A stretch of DNA of 62,958 nucleotides from Pseudomonadota bacterium. GTDB taxonomy: Bacteria; Desulfobacterota; QYQD01. The position numbers were made by a program, and so were the translations under genes. The notes under the pieces are model-generated. The model was given only the letters and a program-made list of their open reading frames with translations, was not told the origin of the DNA and searched no databases. Shown one piece after another: positions 10,272-18,172 of the stretch. The stretch lies in assembly GCA_011046395.1 (NCBI GenBank), contig DSAQ01000150.1, positions 1-62,958 on the forward strand, read 5' to 3'. How positions within the stretch are numbered: the first letter of the stretch is position 1; every line of letters starts with the position of its first letter.

Positions 10272-11714
10272 TCATAAAATAGCCAGCAATTTTTCATGGA
10301 TATTGTCAAAACCGCCGTTGGACATAATGGCAATGACATCCCCTCCCCTGGCATGTTCCTTCAAAAATCCTAATATGCCGTCTGTGTCAGGAAAATAATA
10401 GGCGGTCCGGCCCCGTGTTTTTAAATCTTCAACCAGGGTCCTGGAAGAGAAGCGATCCTGGATCGGGATATTTTCCAGACCCGGCGGTTCACGCACAATT
10501 ACAGAATCAGCCGCATCAAATGAATGGGCATAATCATCCTGAAATACCTTGCGACGGCTGGAATTGGTTCGTGGTTCAAAAACCGCTATCAAACGCCTCC
10601 CTGTATAAGCAGCCCTGAGGGCCAGAAGGGTCTCGTGCACGGCAGTAGGGTGGTGGGCAAAATCGTCGATAACCGTGACATCATTCTTTATACCCCTTAC
10701 CTCCTGCCGGCGGCATACCCCCTGGAAGGAAGACAGGCCGGCCTGAATCGCCTCTGGCGAAAAACCTATCCTATCCAAAACCGCTATGACCGCCAGAGTA
10801 TTCAGGGCATTGTGCCTGCCTATAAGCGGACTGGTGAAGTGGGCATAAAATCCGCCCTCTTTTTTAACGGAAAACCTCGCCCCTTTTCCTTCAGTCAGAC
10901 AATCTGCCAAGGTCCATGGCAACCCTTTGTCTTCACCGTATCCGATAACCGGGCAGGAGGCATCCTTAATAACCTCTCTTACTATCCCGTCCTCCGTATG
11001 CGCCACCAAAGCGCCTGATGAGGGGATAATCTGAACAAAACGCCGAAAGGCATCCCTTACCTCCGCCAGATCCCGATAGATATCGGCATGATCGAACTCC
11101 ACACTGGTCAGTATGGCTATATGGGGCTGGTAGTGCAGGAACTTGGGCCCCTTATCAAAAAAGGCCGTATCATATTCATCGCCTTCTATTACAAAATAAG
11201 GACCCTGGCCCAGTTTATAGTTGCGCCCAAACCCCTTAACGATACCCCCGATCATGAAACCCGGGTCCGACCCGGCATGTTCCAGTATGGCGGCCAAAAG
11301 GGAAGCCGTAGTGGTTTTTCCATGTGTACCGGCCACCACCAGCGGAGTCCTTTCTCTTAAGAAAAAGTATTTTAACGCCTGGGGAAAAGAGACAAAAGGG
11401 ATATTTTTTTCGGCCAGGCCGCGTACCTCTTCATTTTCGCGGCGGATTACGTTGCCGACAATGACCAGGTCCGGATGGTGATTTATGTTATCAGGGCTAT
11501 AGCCCTGAAAGATTCTGATATCGAGCGAGGCCAGAAAAGTGCTCATAGGTGGATAGACCTGGGTATCGGAACCGGTGACCTGAAGACCTTTTTCCTTAAG
11601 CATCCCGGCCAAAGCGCCCATGCCTGTCCCACAGATACCCATAAGATGTACACTGCACACCTTTTCAGGCACCTTATTTAAGCGCATATCTAAGTCGAAC
11701 ATAATCCCTTCCAA
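10272..11714 (-). CDS. mpl: UDP-N-acetylmuramate:L-alanyl-gamma-D-glutamyl-meso-DAP ligase (murein peptide ligase)
   Basis: 480 aa. 'HLMGICGTGMGALAGMLKEKGLQVTGSDTQVYPPMSTFL' is the Mpl-type N-terminus, and the Mur ligase ATP site 'GTHGKTTT' is present. Confidence 0.85.
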   Translation of the reverse strand: MEGIMFDLDMRLNKVPEKVCSVHLMGICGTGMGALAGMLKEKGLQVTGSDTQVYPPMSTFLASLDIRIFQGYSPDNINHHPDLVIVGNVIRRENEEVRGLAEKNIPFVSFPQALKYFFLRERTPLVVAGTHGKTTTASLLAAILEHAGSDPGFMIGGIVKGFGRNYKLGQGPYFVIEGDEYDTAFFDKGPKFLHYQPHIAILTSVEFDHADIYRDLAEVRDAFRRFVQIIPSSGALVAHTEDGIVREVIKDASCPVIGYGEDKGLPWTLADCLTEGKGARFSVKKEGGFYAHFTSPLIGRHNALNTLAVIAVLDRIGFSPEAIQAGLSSFQGVCRRQEVRGIKNDVTVIDDFAHHPTAVHETLLALRAAYTGRRLIAVFEPRTNSSRRKVFQDDYAHSFDAADSVIVREPPGLENIPIQDRFSSRTLVEDLKTRGRTAYYFPDTDGILGFLKEHARGGDVIAIMSNGGFDNIHEKLLAIL

Positions 11715-11800
11715 ATCTGCTTTCAGCGGTCAGCTTCTAACATTCTAATGTAGTGCGTCCAACGTTTCTTTACATAACATATATTGTGGCATCAAAAACC

Positions 11801-11868
11801 GTCATTCCTGCGAAAGCAGGAATCCAGAAAGGCAAAAAAACTGGATTCCGGGTCAAGCCCGGAATGAC
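11801..11868. repeat. Nested palindromic intergenic element (copy 1 of 2)
   Basis: GTCATTCC...GGAATGAC outer arms enclose two 8-bp hairpins (ATTCCTGC-GAAA-GCAGGAAT and ATTCCGGG-TCAAG-CCCGGAAT). It has the same architecture as 42171-42254 and accounts for the artefactual ORF 11753..11953 ('IPAKAGIQ...KPGMT'). Confidence 0.8.
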
Positions 11869-11957
11869 AATCAAAGTAAAGGGACTTATGACACACTACA
11901 CTAACAAAAGAAAAAACAAGAACTTCCACTTATTGCTGAATGCTGATAGCTGAGAGC

Positions 11958-13682
11958 TTAAATCAAATCGATCTCCCTTAACAGCCCCCTGGCCGTATCG
12001 AAGAGGTCTTTTTTACCCTCTTCAGTACGTGCCTCTACATAGAACCGGACCTTGGGCTCCGTCCCGGAAGGCCGGATTAAAAGCCAGCTCCCGTCTTCAA
12101 AAACCATCTTATAGCCATCTATATTTATGAGTTGGCTAATAACCTTTCCATCAGCACCGATCTTTAATCCCGTCCCAGGGGTATACCGGGATAATGCCTT
12201 AAGGGTAGTCGAAAGTTCTTCTCCTTGCTGGGAGACAGGCACAGCGTCACGAGCGGCATAGAAATGGCCGAACTTATCTTGCACCTCGGCCAGATACTGG
12301 CCCAGATTCTGATTGAGATGAAGGGTCATAGCCAGGGCCAGGATAAGTCCTATATAGGCGTCCTTTTCCGGGGTATGTCCCTTTATAGTAATACCGTCGC
12401 TCTCTTCAAAACAGACTACAGCCCGGTCTATAACCGGTTTAAATTCCTTAAACCCAACCTTGGGCTCAAAAACCTCCTCGCCCAATTGAGCGGCTATGGC
12501 ATTGGCGAAATTACTGGTAGCCACTGTCTTCGCCACCAGGCCTTTAATACCTTCGACCTCGTGCAGATAATGGTAAGCCAGGGCCCCAAATTGATTCATC
12601 TCTATCTCTACCTGGCTGTCGGTAAACCTGATCCGGTCTGCATCGGGGTCTATGATAACTCCAAGCCTTAACCTCTCCTTACGGGCCCGGAGGGCCTCAT
12701 TCACCAGGACCATGTTTTTACTGGATGGTTCAGGGGCTACACCTCCAAAGGTGGGGTCATCTTCTCCGCGGATGGTAATTAAGCGACCGGTTGAAGCGTC
12801 ACCCAAGAGATCTTTGATGTGTATGCGGCTGGCGCCGTGAACACAGTCCACGGCTACCACGACATCATCTCTCCGGCCAAACTCTTCAATGACCGCATCA
12901 TAGTCAATGTGGTGGATGGCCTTATTTTTCCTAACCAGATTTTTCCAGGCGTCCAGGGCATTAACTGAGCTTAGGAGAGAAGAGTCAGCGCCTTTCTTTA
13001 CCGGCAGATCTCCCTCGATGATCTTTTGCGCCCTCTCCTGAATACTCCTTGTGACCTCGGATGCCGCCGGACCGGCGTCAGCCGCATTAAATTTAAGACC
13101 GCCATACTCCAGGGGGTTGTGACTCGGGGTCAGATTGCAGGAAAAGGCCGCATCCAGCTCCATAACCGCAGCAGAAAGGACCCCGGTGGTGGACTCACCG
13201 GCAAAATGAACCCGGAAGCCGTGGGCAGTCAATACCTCCGCCACGGCCTGCGCGAATATCTCACCGCCAAAGCGATTGTCATAGCCCAGGACACAACCCC
13301 GCTCCCGGGCCTCTTTATAACTCCTCACCCCTAAACTCGAACCCAACGCCGAATCGTTATCCAGATCCTTGTACATATCAACTATGGCCTGGGTCACCTG
13401 ACTTACCGACTCGACCGTCAGGTCTTTTCCGATAACGCCGCGCCAGCCCGAGGTGCCGAATTTGACCGGGGATATCGGCCTGGCCTGGGAGGTCAATATC
13501 TCGTCCTTGACCAGGGAATAAACGGCGTCTATCTCATTTTGATAAAAGGCCCTGTTATCCGGATCGGTATCCCTCAACCGAACCAGTTCAGAAATGGCCG
13601 AAAAATAGCTGCTCCCGGCATGATCGCCCGGCATGATGTATTTATCTCTGATCTCCCTGCTCATCTCCTCACATCGCATCAT
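11958..13682 (-). CDS. alpha-D-phosphohexomutase family enzyme (phosphoglucomutase/phosphomannomutase)
   Basis: 574 aa. Active-site loop 'CNLTPSHNPLEYGG', metal loop 'IIDPDADR' and C-terminal 'IRPSGTEPKVRFY' are all phosphohexomutase signatures. Confidence 0.85.
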   Translation of the reverse strand: MMRCEEMSREIRDKYIMPGDHAGSSYFSAISELVRLRDTDPDNRAFYQNEIDAVYSLVKDEILTSQARPISPVKFGTSGWRGVIGKDLTVESVSQVTQAIVDMYKDLDNDSALGSSLGVRSYKEARERGCVLGYDNRFGGEIFAQAVAEVLTAHGFRVHFAGESTTGVLSAAVMELDAAFSCNLTPSHNPLEYGGLKFNAADAGPAASEVTRSIQERAQKIIEGDLPVKKGADSSLLSSVNALDAWKNLVRKNKAIHHIDYDAVIEEFGRRDDVVVAVDCVHGASRIHIKDLLGDASTGRLITIRGEDDPTFGGVAPEPSSKNMVLVNEALRARKERLRLGVIIDPDADRIRFTDSQVEIEMNQFGALAYHYLHEVEGIKGLVAKTVATSNFANAIAAQLGEEVFEPKVGFKEFKPVIDRAVVCFEESDGITIKGHTPEKDAYIGLILALAMTLHLNQNLGQYLAEVQDKFGHFYAARDAVPVSQQGEELSTTLKALSRYTPGTGLKIGADGKVISQLINIDGYKMVFEDGSWLLIRPSGTEPKVRFYVEARTEEGKKDLFDTARGLLREIDLI

Positions 13683-13707
13683 TATATAATTACCCTTAAC
13701 AGTTCGC

Positions 13708-13765
13708 CCTATCCCTCAGGTATTCTCTCAACATCCGCCTCATCGAGCGGTTCGTCCACGGCGTT
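13708..13765. repeat. 58-bp direct repeat, copy A (left edge of island / 3' end of the 70-aa ORF)
   Basis: CCTATCCCTCAGGTAT[T]CTCTCAA[C]ATC[C]GCCTCATCGAGCGGTTCGTCCACGGCGTT matches 15309-15366 at 55 of 58 positions by manual alignment. Confidence 0.85.
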
Positions 13766-13921
13766 ACGCAGCCATGATGGATCGAACCCGGCAGCCGATG
13801 AGCCCTCGATGCGGATTCGCACCATAGCCCCATCGGACTTGTCCGCCAGGTTCACAATGGCCGGTAATGCCTTGAAGACCTGCTCTCTGGTGGCTTTGGA
13901 GTTGGAAACATAGAGGCGCAT
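13709..13921 (-). CDS. Small hypothetical protein (70 aa), possibly a gene fragment
   Basis: GC-rich ORF of island-like composition with a G-rich stretch just upstream of the ATG. Its last 19 codons lie in repeat copy A. No motif recognised. Confidence 0.35.
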   Translation of the reverse strand: MRLYVSNSKATREQVFKALPAIVNLADKSDGAMVRIRIEGSSAAGFDPSWLRNAVDEPLDEADVERIPEG

Positions 13922-13969
13922 AGCCCCCCGGCAATCAATTTCTTGTTAAATGAAATAACGGCTAAGGAA

Positions 13970-14005
13970 TTTGTGTAAAGTGTATTGAGTTAGACTTTAC
14001 ACAAA
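13970..14005. promoter_or_regulatory. 12-bp perfect inverted repeat downstream of fic (terminator or operator)
   Basis: TTTGTGTAAAGT - 12 nt - ACTTTACACAAA. A third half-site, GACTTTACACAA, overlaps the fic stop codon at 14023-14034. Confidence 0.4.
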
Positions 14006-14026
14006 ACAGTTTATTGCTCATCGACT

Positions 14027-15142
14027 TTACACAACGCTTTTCCCCTCCACCAAATTGATCAGACCTGGAAATGCCATCAGAGCGGGACGTCTGCCTTTGC
14101 CCTTTTCCAACACCTTGAGTATGTCCGCTTCCCCGAGTTTTCTCAGGATCAGCATGGTAGTCGGCCGTGTCGGAATCTTTGCAAGCTGTTGGAACTGAGT
14201 GCTGCGAAAGATTGGTTGTGAGAATATGGCATCCAAAACCTGGATGGCGTATTGAGAATGGGTGAGGGTCACTATCTTGTCTTTCAATCTTCCGTAAAGG
14301 TCTATTATTGCCCTGACCGTTTTCGTGTTGTGTTCCGCCTGCTCTATCAATGCCGAAAGAAAAAACGCAATCCATCCATTCCAGTCTCCGTTTTCGGTAA
14401 TCGCCCTCAACCGTCCGTAATAGACATCACGATGTTCCTCCAGGTAGGCGCTCATGTAGAAAATGGGGCTTGAGAGCAGGCCCCTAGCATACAGGAACAG
14501 GGGGATCAACATCCGCCCCAGCCTGCCGTTGCCATCAAGGAATGGATGGATGATTTCAAATTGCGCCTTGACCACTGCAAGCTGAACAAGCTGATCCTTC
14601 TCGTCGAAATGCAGGTACTTCTCCCAGTTATCCAGAGCCGACGGCAGCTTATCGGGTGACGGTGGTACAAAAGTTGCTTCTTCCATGGAGCAGCCCGCCG
14701 GCCCGATGTAGTTTTGAATCTTTCGGAATTCGCCCGGCGCCTTGTTTCTACCTCGGACACTTTCAAGAAGGATGGCGTGCAGCTCCTTGATCAGATTCAG
14801 ACAGAGGGGGAGCTTCTTAAGATTTTCTACCGCTGCTGCCATGGCCCGACGGTAGTTGATTATCTCCTGGATGTCCGCTTGCTTTTCCGGGGTTATCTCT
14901 TTTTGTAAGGGCGCGGCCTCATATTCCAGCACCTCTTCCATACTGGCCTGGGTGCCCTCGATGCGGGAAGAAAGCACAGCCTCTTGGGTGGTCAAAGGCG
15001 AAAGCAGCACTGCCGGGTTGACCACCCCTTGGAGCATGCCGTCATACCTGGCCAGGGCGGCGTTCGCCTGTCCGATCAGGGAAACATGGGCGGCCCAGTC
15101 AACACGGTCGAGGGGCAGGCTGTCCGGTGTAAAGGGTTTCAT
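14027..15142 (-). CDS. Fic family protein (AMPylase-type, with N-terminal autoinhibitory helix and C-terminal wHTH-like region)
   Basis: Catalytic motif 'HPFLDGNGRLGRML' (HxFx[DE]GNGRxxR). An upstream inhibitory-type motif 'SSRIEG' ([ST]xxxE[GN]) is also present. 371 aa, with a GAGGAGG RBS. Confidence 0.9.
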   Translation of the reverse strand: MKPFTPDSLPLDRVDWAAHVSLIGQANAALARYDGMLQGVVNPAVLLSPLTTQEAVLSSRIEGTQASMEEVLEYEAAPLQKEITPEKQADIQEIINYRRAMAAAVENLKKLPLCLNLIKELHAILLESVRGRNKAPGEFRKIQNYIGPAGCSMEEATFVPPSPDKLPSALDNWEKYLHFDEKDQLVQLAVVKAQFEIIHPFLDGNGRLGRMLIPLFLYARGLLSSPIFYMSAYLEEHRDVYYGRLRAITENGDWNGWIAFFLSALIEQAEHNTKTVRAIIDLYGRLKDKIVTLTHSQYAIQVLDAIFSQPIFRSTQFQQLAKIPTRPTTMLILRKLGEADILKVLEKGKGRRPALMAFPGLINLVEGKSVV

Positions 15143-15243
15143 GAAATAACCTCCTCGCGCACGTCGATCTTGCCCGTTACGGCCGCAGAGATGATGCCGG
15201 AATGGTATTCGAATTTTTCAGAAAAAAGACGCAAGGTCATCAT
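15139..15243 (-). pseudogene. hsdS: Probable 3' remnant of a type I specificity subunit gene (hsdS), stop overlapping the fic ATG
   Basis: My manual translation gives MMTLRLFSEKFEYHSGIISAAVTGKIDVREEVIS*. The '..EY..(L/I)ISAAVTGKIDVR' tail is, from memory, the conserved C-terminal end of many HsdS proteins. An ATGA overlap links it to fic. The frame is closed upstream by a TAG inside repeat copy B. Confidence 0.4.
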
Positions 15244-15308
15244 CTCTCGTTTCGTGCCTTTCGTGTGTTTCGTAGCCTCTTCATAAGTCCTCACCCCTAA
15301 CAGATTAT

Positions 15309-15366
15309 CCTATCCCTCAGGTATCCTCTCAATATCTGCCTCATCGAGCGGTTCGTCCACGGCGTT
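15309..15366. repeat. 58-bp direct repeat, copy B (spans the res stop codon)
   Basis: See copy A. Here the repeat supplies the last 8 codons plus stop of res (QRRGRTAR*), in a different reading frame from the one used in copy A (NAVDEPLDEADVERIPEG*). Confidence 0.85.
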
Positions 15367-18172
15367 GCAGAATATCCCGTATCTCGCCCGGCGCTTTCGC
15401 CACCGCACAACGCCAGCGTCCGAAACCTCCATGTTCGTTCACGGCCTGGGTCCATTCGTCTAGGTAGCGCCGCTTGACCTGATCCTGTTCGGTGTCCTGT
15501 CCTTTGGTTTCCAGAACCAGCATATCGCCCGTTTTGAGGCGCATCATAAAATCGGGCCGATATTTGCGCACCACGCCGCGATAAACATAGAGCACCTCAA
15601 ATCCCAGATGGTCGTTCTTGACCCAAGCTGTCACCACGCCGCTTTCTTCCAGCGCAAAGGCATCCGACGCCTCCCACGTGCTGTCATAGACACACACGTT
15701 GATGTGCGACTTGCGGGTGCGCTCGCACGGCTTGCCGGTGTACCAGGTGCGCATCGCGCCGGTAGAACGAATGGGGTGGTCTCGGTCGAAGACCGGAGTG
15801 AGCCGTTCCGTGTTTTCTTGCCGCACCGCCTCCCAGACGTGCTGCACCACCCGTGACATATTGAGGGTGATGATCAGCCGACGGCGCAGCTCATCCTGAT
15901 AAAACAGCGGCGGGAAAATGGCGATCTTGTCGGAGCGGATGAACTCCTCCACGATGCGCACCAACTGGGCCAGCAAGACCTCGCGGCTGCCCTGCCAGGC
16001 GTGCTTCATCTGGTCGAACACGTCGCGCGCCGTCTCGAAAATGATGCGCTGGGTGCGGAACTCGCGTGCCAGCCGCTCCAACTCGATGCGGTTGATCTTG
16101 GTCACGTCCGGCTTGCCTTCCAGAACCGGGGCCAGTTCGGCCACCTGAGCCGTTTGGGAGGCATCGAGTTCGAGCCGACGCACCTTGTCCCAATCCAGCG
16201 TTAAGGTCGGCTGAAAAACGCGGTCAATGCGCAGCACGTTGGGCCAGCGGATTTCAAATTCGGCTTTCGCCGGGTCAGGTTCGACGGCGGTCTTGGGGGT
16301 CGGGGGTGGAGGCGGGCCATCCTGCCCGCCTTCGTGCGGCAAAAAGGTGAAGGGCACACCAAAGATGTTGACGTACTCCGGCTCGAACAGCCCCGTTTCG
16401 GGATTGATCTCGTAAGATGTGCGCCGCAGGCCGCGCCCCACCACCTGCTCACACAACAACTGGCTGGTGAAGGCCCTCAACCCCATGATGTGTGTCACCG
16501 TCTTGGCGTCCCAGCCCTCGGAGAGCATCCCCACCGAGATGACCTTCTGGATTTTCTCGCCCGGCTGCCCGGCCTTGCCCACCGTGTCCACCGTCCGGCG
16601 CAGCAGTTCGGCCTGTTCGGCTTTGGTCAGCTTGCGCTCCGCTGGCGCTTCGGCTTCCTCGGTCTCAGCGTCCGCTTCCGCCGTCTCCAGCGGTGCAACC
16701 GGCTCCTCCTGCGCTTCCGCCTGGTCGAGCACCTTCGAGTCAATGTGCAGGATACGCTCCGGGTCGCACAGTTCGTCAATATGGATGCGCCGGGAGTCAA
16801 AGGCGTGTTTGACCCGGGCCGCCGTCTCGGTGCGATTGCAGACGGTGATCATCACCGGCGGGGTGGGCAGATTGGCTTCATTCCATGCCTTCCACGCCTC
16901 GCGCCAGTCGTAGCTCAGCAGGTAGTAGGCGTTCAGCGCCAGGTCGGGCAGCGGCTCTTCCGGTTCGGCCTTGCGGTTCAGGTCGTCTTTTACGTCCGGA
17001 TCGTTGTAGATGTGGTAGAGGCGCGATTTGTAGGTCTTGGCGTCCGGCACGGCGTCGTCGCGCACCACCACGCGCGGGGTCTTGACCAAGCCCGACTCGA
17101 TGGCGTCGTTCAGCCCAAAATCGCTGACGATCCATCCGAAGAGCGCCTCCTCGCTGCTCTTCTTGCCCGACGGGGTGAAGGGCGTGGCGGAAAAGTCGTA
17201 ACAGGTGAGGATGCCCCGCGAGCGGTGCAGGCGATCCAGCCCGCCGATCCACACCGTCGCTTCCTCAGCGCTGTCTTTCATATCCCGGCTGCGCAGGTAT
17301 TTGCCTTCCGCTTCCCAGTTGACCCGCCAGGCGTGGTGCGCCTCGTCGTTGATGACCAGCAGGTTGCGGGCATTGGCCATCTCGCCCAGCACCTCGCGGG
17401 TGTAGGCTTCGTCGCTCTTGACGCCGCGCTTGTCCACGCTGCGCCGTTTCTTGACCTGCTCTTCGCTGTCCCAGGCCAGGGTATGCCAGTTGCGCACGAG
17501 CACCTTGCCCTGCCGCAGTTTGTCCAGCAGGGCCGAGGGCACGATGTTGAACGCCTCGTAATAGTTCCCCGCCGCAGCCGGTTCCAGCACCGCCAGCCTG
17601 CTCTTCACCGTCAGCCCCGGCGCCATTACCAGAACATTCTTGGAAAAACGGGCGTCCCGCGGATAAGCCACCTTGTTGAGGATATGCCAGGTTATCACCA
17701 TCGCCATCACGATGGTCTTGCCGGAGCCGGTAGCCATCTTGCAGCACTGGCGCAGAAAAGCCCCGCCGTCGCCGGGAATCTCGATGCCCACGCGCTCGAC
17801 GGCGGGCGCTTCCAGCAACCAGATCAGCGTCTCCACCGCCTCCAACTGGCAGAAGAAAAAGCGCCGTGCCTCGAACTCTTCCGGGTCGCGCCAGTGTTCC
17901 AGCAGCCGCTTGGTGATGCTGCTTACGCCCGGATAGCCCGCTTCGCTCCACGCCTTGACGCGCGGGCGAATCTGATTGACCAGCGGGATTTCCACAAAGA
18001 TGCCGGGGTCGTCGAAGGCCCTGGAATCGCCCGAGGCCACCACATACCCTGCCGGGCGGCGACCCTCCACGAGGTCGAACAGCCGCGTCTCGCGCTCGTA
18101 GCGCCAGTGGCGTTCCGGCTCCGCGTAGGGCGAGTTGACAATCAGGCGGTCAATGGTCGTCTGCGCCATCAA
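15341..18172 (-). CDS. res: Type III restriction enzyme Res subunit (SF2 helicase + PD-(D/E)xK nuclease)
   Basis: 943 aa. Helicase motif I 'ATGSGKT', motif II 'VINDEAHHAW', and a C-terminal nuclease motif 'YRPDFMMRL...LVLETKG'. The ATG at 18169 overlaps the mod stop (TGATG). Confidence 0.85.
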   Translation of the reverse strand: MMAQTTIDRLIVNSPYAEPERHWRYERETRLFDLVEGRRPAGYVVASGDSRAFDDPGIFVEIPLVNQIRPRVKAWSEAGYPGVSSITKRLLEHWRDPEEFEARRFFFCQLEAVETLIWLLEAPAVERVGIEIPGDGGAFLRQCCKMATGSGKTIVMAMVITWHILNKVAYPRDARFSKNVLVMAPGLTVKSRLAVLEPAAAGNYYEAFNIVPSALLDKLRQGKVLVRNWHTLAWDSEEQVKKRRSVDKRGVKSDEAYTREVLGEMANARNLLVINDEAHHAWRVNWEAEGKYLRSRDMKDSAEEATVWIGGLDRLHRSRGILTCYDFSATPFTPSGKKSSEEALFGWIVSDFGLNDAIESGLVKTPRVVVRDDAVPDAKTYKSRLYHIYNDPDVKDDLNRKAEPEEPLPDLALNAYYLLSYDWREAWKAWNEANLPTPPVMITVCNRTETAARVKHAFDSRRIHIDELCDPERILHIDSKVLDQAEAQEEPVAPLETAEADAETEEAEAPAERKLTKAEQAELLRRTVDTVGKAGQPGEKIQKVISVGMLSEGWDAKTVTHIMGLRAFTSQLLCEQVVGRGLRRTSYEINPETGLFEPEYVNIFGVPFTFLPHEGGQDGPPPPPTPKTAVEPDPAKAEFEIRWPNVLRIDRVFQPTLTLDWDKVRRLELDASQTAQVAELAPVLEGKPDVTKINRIELERLAREFRTQRIIFETARDVFDQMKHAWQGSREVLLAQLVRIVEEFIRSDKIAIFPPLFYQDELRRRLIITLNMSRVVQHVWEAVRQENTERLTPVFDRDHPIRSTGAMRTWYTGKPCERTRKSHINVCVYDSTWEASDAFALEESGVVTAWVKNDHLGFEVLYVYRGVVRKYRPDFMMRLKTGDMLVLETKGQDTEQDQVKRRYLDEWTQAVNEHGGFGRWRCAVAKAPGEIRDILQRRGRTAR

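Noticed and set aside
11753-11953. 66-aa ORF ('VIPAKAGIQKGKKTGFRVKPGMT')
   Set aside because: This is a translation of the nested palindromic repeat element. The same kind of artefact occurs at 42126..42353.
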